From positions 65,758-129,757 of the forward strand of contig JBBKWX010000055.1 in assembly GCA_037969175.1 (NCBI GenBank): 64,000 nt of DNA. The letters run 5' to 3'. Position numbers and translations under genes: made by a program. This DNA comes from Bacteroidia bacterium. GTDB taxonomy: Bacteria > Bacteroidota > Bacteroidia > AKYH767-A > JBBKVM01. Every line of letters starts with the position of its first letter. The first letter of the stretch is position 1. Below the pieces are notes generated by a model. That model was not told the origin of the DNA and made no database searches. It was given only the letters and a program-made list of their open reading frames with translations. This document shows positions 25,501 to 33,995 of the stretch, in pieces.

Positions 25501-27630
25501 GTTCAAAGAAGTTGAAGTCGTACACTGCACATCACCAACACCTGTGATACTTGCCGGGCCTGGAGAGAATGCCAATAAATTTACATTGTATAATCCGGGT
25601 GCTAAGTAGGTATGAGAAGGATTTTGTAATGTGCTTGAATCTCCATCACCAAAAGTCCACGACCATCCGGTAGCACCTGGTGCTGAAGAAGTAAAGGTAG
25701 CCAGAAATGGCGGGCATAAACCCACCGATGCGGATACGGAAGTTGTGATCGTTACTCCCATGATATTGTAAACAGCATAAGGAGAAAAAGTTTGTGAACA
25801 ACCACCTGCCATTTGAGTTACCAGAGTCACTACATATGTACCGGGATTATTATATGTATGACTTGGGTTTTGCATTGTAGATGTAGTACCATCACCAAAG
25901 TCCCATAACCAACCGGAACTTCCGGTTGTAGGATCCAAACATTGTGCAGTATATGGAGCGCATTGATAATTTGGTGCAGGTGGAGTATAACTTGAAGTCG
26001 GATTTACCACTTTCACATAGTTTGATCGAATGATAGTATCCTTGCACCCAAAAGAGTTTGTTGTGATCAAAGAAACCGTATAGTTGCCAATAGCAGAATA
26101 TATATGAGTCGGATTCTGGAGTGTGGAAGTATTTGCAGCACCTGATGCAGGGTCACCAAAATTCCAGTCCCACTGATTGTTACTACCGGAATTTGCACAT
26201 GTAAAATTAACAGTTAACGCAGGACAACCGGTGATAGGAGAAGCTGTGAAATTTGCAGAGCTCTGTCTAACCAAGATCATGTTGCTTATTGTCTTGATAT
26301 CTTCACATCCATTGGCAGAAATTGTTGTAAGTGTGATGCTGAAATTACCGGCATTGTTAAAAAGGACCGTCGGGTTTGGCAAAGTGGAGGTCTGCCCGTT
26401 ACCAAAATCCCATAGATAAGTATTTCCATTTGTTGAACTATTTGTAAATGTAACAGACAAAGGTTTACAGCCTACAACAGTTGAAGCACTAAAGTTTGAA
26501 GTAGGACCGGCTTGCATGCTTATATAATTAGGCATACTTACACTACTTGTGCATCCACTTGCACTGGTAGTTGTCAATGACACATTAAAATTTCCAACAG
26601 TACTATATATTGAACTTGGGTTTTCCAATGTAGAAGTCAAACCGTTTCCAAAGTTCCAATTCCAACTTGTCGCATTGGCAGTTGTACTTGCAAAGCTGAT
26701 AGTGTAAGGAGGACAGCCCATCGTTGAATTGGATGTGAAACTTGCCGGTAAATTATTTTGAATATTAATGTAATTGGTCTTTATTAAAGTGTCTTTACAG
26801 CCATTCGAATTGGTCACAACCAATGTAATAGTATAAGCTCCAAATGCAGTATACGTTTTAGTTGGATTTGCCTGAGTGCTGGTTGTACCATCACCAAAAT
26901 TCCATAGATAAGATGTAGAGCCCGGTGAAGCAGATGTGAAGTTAAAAACCTGACCTAACTGGCAAGCACTCGTTGGACTTGCACTGAAAGCAGAAACAGG
27001 TTTTGGATGTATGGTTATATATGAATTACGGATCTTAATATCATTACATCCATAAGCATCTGTTGCGATCAATTTTACATTATAAATTCCGGGAGTTGTA
27101 TATGCATGTGATGGATTCGTCAAAGCCGATGAACTTCCATCTCCAAAATCCCAGATATATGAACTTGCATTGACTGACAAATTGTTGAAAACTACAAGCT
27201 GCGTATTAATACAGGATGTCAATGGTCCTGCCGTAAAATCAGCAGTTGGTCTGGCGATAACTGAGATATGTGAATTTTTTATCAAAGTATCAATTTGACC
27301 TAATGCGTTTGTCACAATGAGGGTCACCGTATAATTACCAATATTGGTATAGATAATTGACGGATTGATCAAAGTAGAAGTGTTCCCATTTCCGAAGTCC
27401 CAAAAGTAACTGACTCCATTGCTGGAGTTATTTACAAATTGTACACTTAAAGGAGCACATCCAATTGAATCATTCTGGCCGAATGAGGCTACGGGCGCTT
27501 GTGCTTGTAACTTTCCGGCTTGCATAAATAATATGAAAAGCATTCCAAATACTTGGATCGCATTCATAACGGTAGAATACTTTTGATTAGTCATAGTACT
27601 AATTTTTGCCTTCCTGTTGCCTTGAGTCAT
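22507..27630 (-). CDS. Giant secreted protein (1707 aa). It has a signal peptide, 16 tandem PKD domains, and a ~450-aa C-terminal region of about 4 fibronectin-III-like domains. No recognisable T9SS CTD is present.
   Basis: Sixteen 'W[DN]FG[DN]G' PKD cores recur about every 80-85 aa, for example 'WDFGNGNTS', 'WNFGDGTTS' and 'WYYDFGDGTNS'. The C-terminus '...YTYKLLTRD..., ...YEVKAMNN...' is FN3-like and ends 'VYFEDK*' with a terminator immediately after. The probable true start is the internal Met 'MNAIQVFGMLFILFMQAGKLQAQA' near 27567. Confidence 0.9.
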   Translation of the reverse strand: MTQGNRKAKISTMTNQKYSTVMNAIQVFGMLFILFMQAGKLQAQAPVASFGQNDSIGCAPLSVQFVNNSSNGVSYFWDFGNGNTSTLINPSIIYTNIGNYTVTLIVTNALGQIDTLIKNSHISVIARPTADFTAGPLTSCINTQLVVFNNLSVNASSYIWDFGDGSSSALTNPSHAYTTPGIYNVKLIATDAYGCNDIKIRNSYITIHPKPVSAFSASPTSACQLGQVFNFTSASPGSTSYLWNFGDGTTSTQANPTKTYTAFGAYTITLVVTNSNGCKDTLIKTNYINIQNNLPASFTSNSTMGCPPYTISFASTTANATSWNWNFGNGLTSTLENPSSIYSTVGNFNVSLTTTSASGCTSSVSMPNYISMQAGPTSNFSASTVVGCKPLSVTFTNSSTNGNTYLWDFGNGQTSTLPNPTVLFNNAGNFSITLTTISANGCEDIKTISNMILVRQSSANFTASPITGCPALTVNFTCANSGSNNQWDWNFGDPASGAANTSTLQNPTHIYSAIGNYTVSLITTNSFGCKDTIIRSNYVKVVNPTSSYTPPAPNYQCAPYTAQCLDPTTGSSGWLWDFGDGTTSTMQNPSHTYNNPGTYVVTLVTQMAGGCSQTFSPYAVYNIMGVTITTSVSASVGLCPPFLATFTSSAPGATGWSWTFGDGDSSTLQNPSHTYLAPGLYNVNLLAFSPGPASITGVGDVQCTTSTSLNITVGVTNPITANQTEVCTSDTIQFNCSLNNMASYLWDFKDGTTSTQKNPKKLYSTVGTYSVTLTVTDSSGCSQTFTISPIVKVNNPLADFSITSSTSGCNSVSITLANTSTNATSYLWNFGNGVTSNLQNPTYTYTTPGTYTITLTAIKNNCSQTKSISNAITVNAANANFTFTQNRSCFPITATFTSLSTNATSWMWDFGDGTSSTLQNPVHIYNSPPSGNINLTINDSNGCSGTKSSPNVNYFVSDFTASNTSGCAPLITTFTDITQNAISWLWIFGDGNTSTVQNPVHMYTAGGAFDVTLIAQSTTGCYDTIVYPVLVNVIKPKAEFYTPTVAACAPTLVNFIDQSIDAVSWYYDFGDGTNSTSQNPSHIYNIAGFYTITQIVTNSIGCIDTLIKVDYIAIPGPVSNFSVAPTSGCTTLEAHFTDLSYNAISWNWSFGDGSSSTLQNPINTYSNVGSYTVTLITQDSLGCQSFFTYPGPLSVYPSPTAMATATGTQGCNPYTVVFNEQSSGATTFEWNFGDGGTSTLPNPTYVYLNAGSYYASLIVSNNFGCTDTFVFASPFVVDETPVPDFTVDVNIGCPPLIANFMNNSSQLFGASYFWDFGNGTTSTATNPSVSYPLPGIYNVSLVVTNSNGCSDTMSLPNMIRVNDTIPPAITNILSVTVTSNTTVQISWEQNTAIDLESYVLYRYNQVNGSFDPIRVINNPNSTTFTLDTMVVDSSLNTLDNVYTYKLLTRDICGYEIGLDQLTAHSTINVSAIANNLDINVTWNAYGGCSVSQYDILRTDLISGATVKVGTVPGNVFEFLDTDIPCPRDYSYLIIGNDLCSKPYISLSDTSVARPIDFLSDQQVEIIRSTVEGDKYVYTEWKAPVNFPDKVAYYNVYRYTNNSNYTFVTSIPVGNQNYLDMDVDVKANKYQYEVKAMNNCDVNSLMSNPGVSVLLKAQRVNDTNVLTWTPYFGWDTDVDYYIIEKQDIHGNWKFLKKTNPNTVYFEDK

Positions 27631-27983
27631 TAATATTGATTAAAGACAAATCATTTTGGCGGGTTTCAATGGTATTAGTTTTGGTCTGGATTCAAAAGTA
27701 GCGGTATACGAAACCTGAAAATTCCGAATATGAAACCTATAATTGCAGATGTAAGATTCTGTAAGAATTATTCGAAATTTAAATCAGTTGATCGGGTCTA
27801 TTATTGAATCAAATGCCTGACAGAACTGAATTTGTTATTCAATCATGTGTGTTTATAACTTTCAATAGTAAGTGAGATATTTCCCTGTTTTTTTAATGAC
27901 TTTTGTAATTAAGCCCCGAAAAAGGGGGATATATTGCTTTCAACTAAGTATATTCTATTAATTGATAACTAAGCCGGTCCTCC

Positions 27984-29438
27984 ATGGAAGATTTGAGTAA
28001 AACAATAAAAAAACTCTCAGAAGAAGATTACAAAATCCTTTTGGAAGAAGTATCAGGTAAAAAGAAAAACAAGCCGTTTGTTGTTTTGGAAGCGCTTCGA
28101 AATGAAGAAATTGACGACTCCGAATTGATGGAAAGACTGGAAGTCAACAGAAGTACTTATTATACATTGAAATCCAGGTTGAACACAAAAGTAGCTTCAA
28201 TTCTTGCGAAACAGGTAAATAATCCAATAAGTGCTCTGAAAGAAGAAGTGGCAAGGGTTTCTGCGAACTTGTATGGAAATAATAAGATTTTTTCTATCCG
28301 GGCACTCAAGGAATTAGAAAAACAATTGATTGAATATGATCTGTCAAATGAATTGATCATAGTTTATAAAACACTTGCAAGACTGCACCAGTACACAGAT
28401 GAATTCAAAGAGTACGAGCAGTTATATAACAAACATGTCGCTTTTTCACTTGCTGTCGTGAAGGTAGAAGATCTGTTTTATGATTTTATCAGAAAGATCG
28501 GGAAATGGTATCTGACCAGAAATGAAGAAGATCTGGAATTGGTCAGAGGAGTATTAAGGGAGATGATCAATATTCTGGAATTGTATAATTCTCACCGAAT
28601 GTTTGTCATGTATAATATTGTTAGAATATACTATCACTGTTCTGATCCATCCAAAAGAGAAGGACTTCATTTGATGGAAATCGAAATTGAGACAACATTG
28701 AATCAGATCAATACAATTTTCGAAAAATACACACTAGATACATTTTACCAAAACATTAAAAGTCTGACTGATTTTCTTTTGTTTGAATATTATCAGAAGA
28801 CAAATAATATGATCAGAGCTGATCATAACCATCAAAAATTGATCGGTCAGGTACCGGATCTTGCTTCAAAGCATATCATGGCTTTTCATGTTGTGCAATT
28901 TTTGAATTCCAAAATCGAAAAATTCCTCGGTGATGGTGACCTTACCAAGCTCTTAATGCTGAACAAAGTTTTAGAGGAAAATCTGGAAATTGATCCGAAT
29001 GAAGCTTTCCATTTTTATTCATGGAAAAGATATTTAGCGGTATGCAGATTCTATCAGAGTGATTATTCAGGAGCCGCTAAGATCATTAACGTCTTGAGAA
29101 ATAATGTCAACTTAAAACAATTCATTTATGCCGATGTTGAATGTAAATTGTTTCAGGCATTGCAATATTGTATCATAGGAGAAGAAGGTCTGTGTCAACA
29201 GATCATTCAAAGCATCAAGCGTCAGATGAAAGAAGGCGAAAAGGATTACGAAGATGTTGAGTTATATATCAAATTGATGAAAACAGCTATGAAACCGGCT
29301 GATTTCAGAAAGAAGATGAAAAAGCTGACTGAAATATGGAAACAGATAGTAGAATTAAATGTTTCTCATAGCAGTATATTATGGTATGTTCGTCTCGATG
29401 AAAGTATGATGAGACGTATGGGAAATCCAATAAAATAA
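27984..29438 (+). CDS. Hypothetical regulatory protein (484 aa). It has an N-terminal HTH-like segment and a large alpha-helical (TPR-like) domain.
   Basis: 'FVVLEALRNEEIDDSELMERLEVNRSTYYTLKSRL' looks like a helix-turn-helix. The rest is Leu/Glu/Lys-rich and helical with no enzymatic motif. It is divergent from the giant PKD gene, with a 344-bp leader region. Confidence 0.45.
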   Translation: MEDLSKTIKKLSEEDYKILLEEVSGKKKNKPFVVLEALRNEEIDDSELMERLEVNRSTYYTLKSRLNTKVASILAKQVNNPISALKEEVARVSANLYGNNKIFSIRALKELEKQLIEYDLSNELIIVYKTLARLHQYTDEFKEYEQLYNKHVAFSLAVVKVEDLFYDFIRKIGKWYLTRNEEDLELVRGVLREMINILELYNSHRMFVMYNIVRIYYHCSDPSKREGLHLMEIEIETTLNQINTIFEKYTLDTFYQNIKSLTDFLLFEYYQKTNNMIRADHNHQKLIGQVPDLASKHIMAFHVVQFLNSKIEKFLGDGDLTKLLMLNKVLEENLEIDPNEAFHFYSWKRYLAVCRFYQSDYSGAAKIINVLRNNVNLKQFIYADVECKLFQALQYCIIGEEGLCQQIIQSIKRQMKEGEKDYEDVELYIKLMKTAMKPADFRKKMKKLTEIWKQIVELNVSHSSILWYVRLDESMMRRMGNPIK

Positions 29439-29440
29439 GC

Positions 29441-29854
29441 TTAGAAATTTATTGCTTCCAGGTATTTTTCGCTCAATGGTTTATTGAGATACTTAAATAC
29501 ATGCGGATTGGTTGAAGCTTTATTTATGTCTTCCGGGCTAATGGATGATGATAGAACAATAACTTTGCATCTTGTTTTCATCCATTCTGCCATGGTATCA
29601 AATTCAGCTAGAAAAGAAAACCCGTCCATGATAGGCATGTTTAGATCCAGAAAAATCAATCTGGGAAAATCTTCTTGCTCTCCGGTATAGTTGCGGATAT
29701 AATCAAGCGCAACAGCTGCAGAATTTTTTACCAATACAGCTTCTGCAAAATTGCTGGATGTGATAATTCTCTCGTTGATGAAATTGTCAATTTCGTTGTC
29801 ATCGATCAACAAAACGGACTTGTATTTGCAAGAAAATGTATTCTTGTTCTTCAT
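29441..29854 (-). CDS. Single-domain response regulator (CheY-like receiver only)
   Basis: 'KSVLLIDDNEIDNF' carries the acid pocket. 'LIFLDLNMPIMDGFSF' is the phospho-acceptor Asp region. 'KVIVLSSS' is present. The start was reset to the ATG at 29854 because the longer ORF overlaps the tRNA-Phe. Confidence 0.8.
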   Translation of the reverse strand: MKNKNTFSCKYKSVLLIDDNEIDNFINERIITSSNFAEAVLVKNSAAVALDYIRNYTGEQEDFPRLIFLDLNMPIMDGFSFLAEFDTMAEWMKTRCKVIVLSSSISPEDINKASTNPHVFKYLNKPLSEKYLEAINF

Positions 29855-29879
29855 CCTCGATAGGTTCCATGACGGTTTG

Positions 29880-29952
29880 TGGTGATGAATGGAATCGAAC
29901 CATCGACACAAGGATTTTCAGTCCTTTGCTCTACCAACTGAGCTACATCACC
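29880..29952 (-). tRNA. tRNA-Phe (anticodon GAA)
   Basis: The reverse complement is GGTGATGTAGCTCAGTTGGTAGAGCAAAGGACTGAAAATCCTTGTGTCGATGGTTCGATTCCATTCATCACCA. It has a 7-bp acceptor stem, D-loop AGTTGGTA, anticodon loop CTGAAAA and T-loop TTCGATT. It is near-identical in architecture to E. coli tRNA-Phe. CCA is not encoded. Confidence 0.9.
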
Positions 29953-30049
29953 GTAAATGTGCGGGCAAAAGTATGAAAATTTTCAATAAGAAGTACATTT
30001 GTAAAAAAAACTCAGAAGAACAATTAATTTATATTTGTCAAACTATTTT

Positions 30050-30811
30050 ATGACACCTAGAAAAAACCCTTTAGTGATATCCTATAATCTTTCTCTTGAT
30101 ATCGGAAATACGAGAGTCAAAGCCGGATTGTTTATTGGGAGAGAATTTAACCGAAAAATTGAATTTGATATCATAGAAGGTCGAGAATCCTTTTATGCCT
30201 GGGTCGAAGGAATCGCAATTTCAAATGTTATTTGCAGTAGTGTCAATAAGGAGATAGATCTACGTTCGGTATTAGCTTTTAATTATGTGTCCTGGATGGA
30301 TCTGGATAAGGATACATTGCTGCATTTCAAAAATAGCTATACAAGTCCTGAAACATTGGGAAAAGATCGTCTGGCGGCAATTGCAGGAGCCAAAGCACTG
30401 TTTCCGGATAAAAATGTTTTAGTTTTTGATGCAGGGACATGTCTTACTGCAGACTTTATGGATCACACCGGCAATTACCTGGGTGGCAGTATCTCTCCGG
30501 GATTAAAAATGAGATTTAAAGCCTTGCATACGTTTACGGCTCGATTACCGTTATTAGACCCGCAATTGGAATTTGAGTTAATTGGTACCGACACCAGGAC
30601 TTCAATATTAACAGGCGCAATTATGGGTATGAAGCTTGAAATTGAAGGTTTTATTAATGAATACAGACAGATTTACCCTGAGTTGGTAGTAATTCTTACC
30701 GGGGGGGATCATATATTTTTTGATAAGAACCTTAAAAATGACATCTTTGTAGCCCCTAATTTAGTTTTGCAAGGGCTTAACGAAATCCTTTATCATAATC
30801 ATGCTTTTTAA
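30050..30811 (+). CDS. coaX: Type III pantothenate kinase
   Basis: 'LSLDIGNTRVKAGLF' matches the type III PanK 'DxGNT' motif. 'GKDRLAAIAGA' and 'LTGG' are present. The ORF-track start at 30035 is TTG and overlaps the -7 box. The ATG at 30050 ('MTPRK') is preferred. Confidence 0.85.
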   Translation: MTPRKNPLVISYNLSLDIGNTRVKAGLFIGREFNRKIEFDIIEGRESFYAWVEGIAISNVICSSVNKEIDLRSVLAFNYVSWMDLDKDTLLHFKNSYTSPETLGKDRLAAIAGAKALFPDKNVLVFDAGTCLTADFMDHTGNYLGGSISPGLKMRFKALHTFTARLPLLDPQLEFELIGTDTRTSILTGAIMGMKLEIEGFINEYRQIYPELVVILTGGDHIFFDKNLKNDIFVAPNLVLQGLNEILYHNHAF

Positions 30812-32108
30812 GAAACTGCCCATTTTCAGGATATTTTTCATCCTGTTGTCCGGCTTATTGAGTGTTACAGCCACCGCTCAGATCAATAACCAAAGTCCGT
30901 ATTCCCGTTTTGGAATAGGTGATATCCTGCCTCGAAGTACCACTGAAAACCGTGCTATGGGAGGAAGTGGAATCGGTATGTCATTTAGTGACAGAATAAA
31001 TCTATTGAACCCGGCATCTCTGAGTAAGATCAATGTTACCTCCTTCGGAGCTGCGCTGCAGTCTGACCTGGTAGGCATCACTGATGGTAAAAGTAGCCAA
31101 CTACAGAACAGAACAAATCTGGGATATCTCGATCTTGCATTCCCTCTAAAAAAGGGAAAAGCCGGAGCCAGTCTGGGATTGACACAGTACAGTACTACCG
31201 GATATAATATCAGGAATAGCGTGCTGGATCCTTCCGTTGGATCTGTGTTTTATGCATATGAAGGTGAAGGAGGCATAAACCAGGTACATGCAGGTTTAGG
31301 TTTTGATTTGGGAAAAGGGTTTTCGATTGGCGGTAATGCCTATTATAATTTTGGAATACTCAATAAATTCAGAAAAGTTGAATTCAGGAAAGATTCTCTT
31401 TATTTCTTCAATACCAGAGTAACAAGCAGAACATCTATCAGTGATATAAGTTGGGATGCAGCTATACAATATAACAAGGATCTAAACGAGAAAAGCAAAC
31501 TTGGACTTGGATTCAAGTTACAAGGACCTGCTTCCCTTTCTGCAAAACGCACTAGTTTGGCTGAACGATATCAGTTAAATATCAATGATGCCGTTGTTGT
31601 ACTCGATACAGTTAATTTCGATTCAAATCTTGAAGGTGAGATCAGCTTACCTATTAGTTTTGGTTTCGGAGTAGCTTATGAATATGATAAAAAATGGCTG
31701 TTAGGACTGGATTTTGGATTACAAGATTGGAGTACATATAAGTCATTTGGAGAATCAGATTCATTAAGCAATAGCTATTATATTGCCGCTGGAGCACAAA
31801 TGATCCCTGATCATGCATCAGTTACAAGTTATTGGAAGCGTGTAAACTACAGAGCCGGTTTGAGATATTCAAAAACTTATCTTGACATTAACAACAAAAA
31901 CTTAAATGAGGTTGGCATAACTTTTGGTTTAGGTTTACCCGTTAGAAGAACACCATTCGGAAGATCTTTCTCAACTGCAAACCTCGCTATTGAATTAGGA
32001 CAAAGAGGAACTACAGAAAGTAATCTTCTCAAAGAAAATTTTGCAAAGATCACAATAGGTTTTACATTAAATGATGATAGTTGGTTCATCAAAAGAAAGT
32101 ATGATTAA
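30801..32108 (+). CDS. Outer-membrane beta-barrel protein, possibly of the OMPP1/FadL/TodX transporter family
   Basis: The signal peptide is 'FFILLSGLLSVTATAQ'. 'RAMGGSGIGMSFSDRINLLNPASL' resembles the FadL N-terminal hatch with its NPA motif. The C-terminal half has alternating aromatic and small residues typical of beta strands. The family call is from memory only. Confidence 0.4.
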   Translation: MLFKKLPIFRIFFILLSGLLSVTATAQINNQSPYSRFGIGDILPRSTTENRAMGGSGIGMSFSDRINLLNPASLSKINVTSFGAALQSDLVGITDGKSSQLQNRTNLGYLDLAFPLKKGKAGASLGLTQYSTTGYNIRNSVLDPSVGSVFYAYEGEGGINQVHAGLGFDLGKGFSIGGNAYYNFGILNKFRKVEFRKDSLYFFNTRVTSRTSISDISWDAAIQYNKDLNEKSKLGLGFKLQGPASLSAKRTSLAERYQLNINDAVVVLDTVNFDSNLEGEISLPISFGFGVAYEYDKKWLLGLDFGLQDWSTYKSFGESDSLSNSYYIAAGAQMIPDHASVTSYWKRVNYRAGLRYSKTYLDINNKNLNEVGITFGLGLPVRRTPFGRSFSTANLAIELGQRGTTESNLLKENFAKITIGFTLNDDSWFIKRKYD

Positions 32109-32113
32109 CAACA

Positions 32114-33424
32114 ATGAATATGAAAGCGAGACTATTTAATTTTCTGATTGCCATTTTAATGATAAGTCCGGTTTATGGACAGGACAATGGCGGTTCCGTT
32201 TTTGGTCAGGACAGTATAACATGTATTCAAAATATTTCCTTGTATCGTGAGTATTTCAAACAAGGAAATATAGATGATGCTTATGGTCCATGGAAATGGT
32301 TGACCTTGAATTGCCCTGCTGCCCGTAAAAGCGTGTATGTTGATGGGGTTTCAATTCTTGATAAGAAAATTGCAGCTGAAAAAGATTCTGTTCAAAAAGA
32401 AGCATTGATAGATACACTTTTCTGGTTGTACGATCAACGTATTAAATATTTTAATGAAGAAGGATTTGTTCTTGGCAGAAAGGCTACGGATATGTTTCAG
32501 TATAGACCAAGAGAAAGTAAATTGATTTACGATACATTCAAGAAATCAGTAGAACTTGAAGGCAATAAAACAGAGCCAACTCCAATTTTTAGATATTTCC
32601 AAAGTGCTGCAGATCTTTACAGAGCTAAGAAGTTGACTAAAGAAGAGATTATTGAATTGTACGAAAAAATGTCAGCAATCATCGAAACAAATTTGACAGC
32701 TGGTAATTTTGTAGAAGGATATAATGCAGCAAAAACTAATTTGGAAGCATTATTCAGCCCATACGGTTCTTGCTCAGATTTCATTGCTATTTATGGCCCT
32801 AAGATCAATGATCAAACTACCGATCTGGATTTGCTAAAGCGCGTTTCAAAGCTGATGAAAAGCAAAGGCTGTACTGATTCTGATGTCTTTGCCAAGGTTG
32901 TTGAAAGATTACACAAACTTGAGCCTAGTGCTGCTAGTGCTGCAGGGCTTGCCGATATGAGCCTGAGTAAGAATCAGCATAGTAAAGCATTAAGCTATCT
33001 ACAACAAGCAATAGATCTTGAAACAGATAATGCTAAAAAAGCTGATTACTATTTGTCAATGGCTGATATCAATTTCAGACATTTGAAGAGTTATAGCCAG
33101 GCTAGAACTTATGCTCAGAAAGCAAGTAGTTTGCGCCCTGATTGGGGCAAGCCATACATTTTGATCGGGGATATGTATGCATCAAGTTCCTCTGTTTGTG
33201 GTGATGATTTTGAAAAGCAAACCGTGTTCTGGGCTGCAGTTGACAAATATCAAAAAGCAAGATCGATAGATTCTTCTGTTTCTGATGAAGCAGGTAGAAA
33301 GATAGGAACATACAGTCCTTATATGCCAAGCAAAGATGATTGTTTCTTCCGTGGATTAGCTGAAGGTAGCAGTATTCGTGTTGAATGCTGGATCCAGGAA
33401 TCAACCACCGTTAGGTGTCGTTAA
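32114..33424 (+). CDS. Secreted tetratricopeptide-repeat protein
   Basis: The signal is 'LIAILMISPVYGQ'. TPR-like helical repeats include 'ALSYLQQAIDLETDNAKKADYYLSMADI'. The protein is 436 aa. Confidence 0.55.
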   Translation: MNMKARLFNFLIAILMISPVYGQDNGGSVFGQDSITCIQNISLYREYFKQGNIDDAYGPWKWLTLNCPAARKSVYVDGVSILDKKIAAEKDSVQKEALIDTLFWLYDQRIKYFNEEGFVLGRKATDMFQYRPRESKLIYDTFKKSVELEGNKTEPTPIFRYFQSAADLYRAKKLTKEEIIELYEKMSAIIETNLTAGNFVEGYNAAKTNLEALFSPYGSCSDFIAIYGPKINDQTTDLDLLKRVSKLMKSKGCTDSDVFAKVVERLHKLEPSAASAAGLADMSLSKNQHSKALSYLQQAIDLETDNAKKADYYLSMADINFRHLKSYSQARTYAQKASSLRPDWGKPYILIGDMYASSSSVCGDDFEKQTVFWAAVDKYQKARSIDSSVSDEAGRKIGTYSPYMPSKDDCFFRGLAEGSSIRVECWIQESTTVRCR

Positions 33425-33431
33425 ATTTAAA

Positions 33432-33995
33432 ATGCCCCTTATCCAAATAATTAAGGCATCCTTTATAGCCATGGCCTCTCTTTTACTGGTTGCTTGTGAA
33501 AACGACATCCTGAAAATTGAGGCCTTGGGTCTTGATAAACGAATTCCAATTGAGTCTTCAACGGATATCGTAATTTTATATAGTGATTCAGCAAAGGTAA
33601 AAACTAAGGTAAGTGCCCCTAAAATGGATAGATATACAGGAGTTGATCCCTATATTGAAATGACCAAAGGGATAAACGTTCAGTTTTATACTGACTCTAT
33701 GACAGTGAAGTCTGAACTCTATGCTGATTATGCAATAAGTTATGAGGCTAAGAACACTATGGAAGCAAGAAAAAATGTGGTCGTTGTTAATGAACAGGGA
33801 GAAACATTAAATGCTGAGAAATTAATTTGGGAAAGGGATGCAGCAAAAATTTATTCAGATGGATTTGTAAAGATCACTACCAAAACCGAAATCATATATG
33901 GTGATGGATTTGAATCAAATCAAGAGTTTACCAATTATAAAATTTTCAAAATTAAAGGAACAATCAACTTAGATGAAAATACTCAGAATCCTTGA
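33432..33995 (+). CDS. lptC: LptC-like periplasmic LPS-export protein (lipoprotein-anchored)
   Basis: The signal is 'AMASLLLVACEND'. The size of about 187 aa and the beta-jellyroll-like composition fit LptC. The locus order coaX-OMP-TPR-lptC-hemolysin(gldE)-PPIase is conserved in Bacteroidetes. The ORF-track start at 33378 was rejected because it overlaps the upstream gene. Confidence 0.5.
   Translation: MPLIQIIKASFIAMASLLLVACENDILKIEALGLDKRIPIESSTDIVILYSDSAKVKTKVSAPKMDRYTGVDPYIEMTKGINVQFYTDSMTVKSELYADYAISYEAKNTMEARKNVVVVNEQGETLNAEKLIWERDAAKIYSDGFVKITTKTEIIYGDGFESNQEFTNYKIFKIKGTINLDENTQNP

Noticed and set aside
23239-26419. Short plus-strand ORFs inside the 22507..27630 PKD gene
   Set aside because: Shadow ORFs opposite a long, well-supported CDS.
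864-27630. Possibility that the periodic repeats in the three giant genes are CRISPR arrays or non-coding satellite DNA
   Set aside because: The repeats are 240-255 bp and in frame, and they encode complete Ig/PKD-like domains without spacers. No short repeat of the 24-48 bp class, leader or cas gene is present.
29441-29911. Longer 156-aa version of the response-regulator ORF
   Set aside because: Its first 19 codons overlap the tRNA-Phe gene on the same strand. The Met at 29854, which begins 'MKNKNTF', is a normal receiver-domain start.
22507-29952. tRNA-Phe-linked genomic island hypothesis for the region containing the PKD giant gene and the regulators
   Set aside because: No integrase, direct repeat of the tRNA 3' end, or compositional shift was seen in the window. 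It cannot be supported from the sequence alone.
33378-33431. ORF-track start for the lptC-like gene
   Set aside because: It overlaps the TPR gene end by 47 nt. The Met at 33432 immediately precedes a lipoprotein-type signal.
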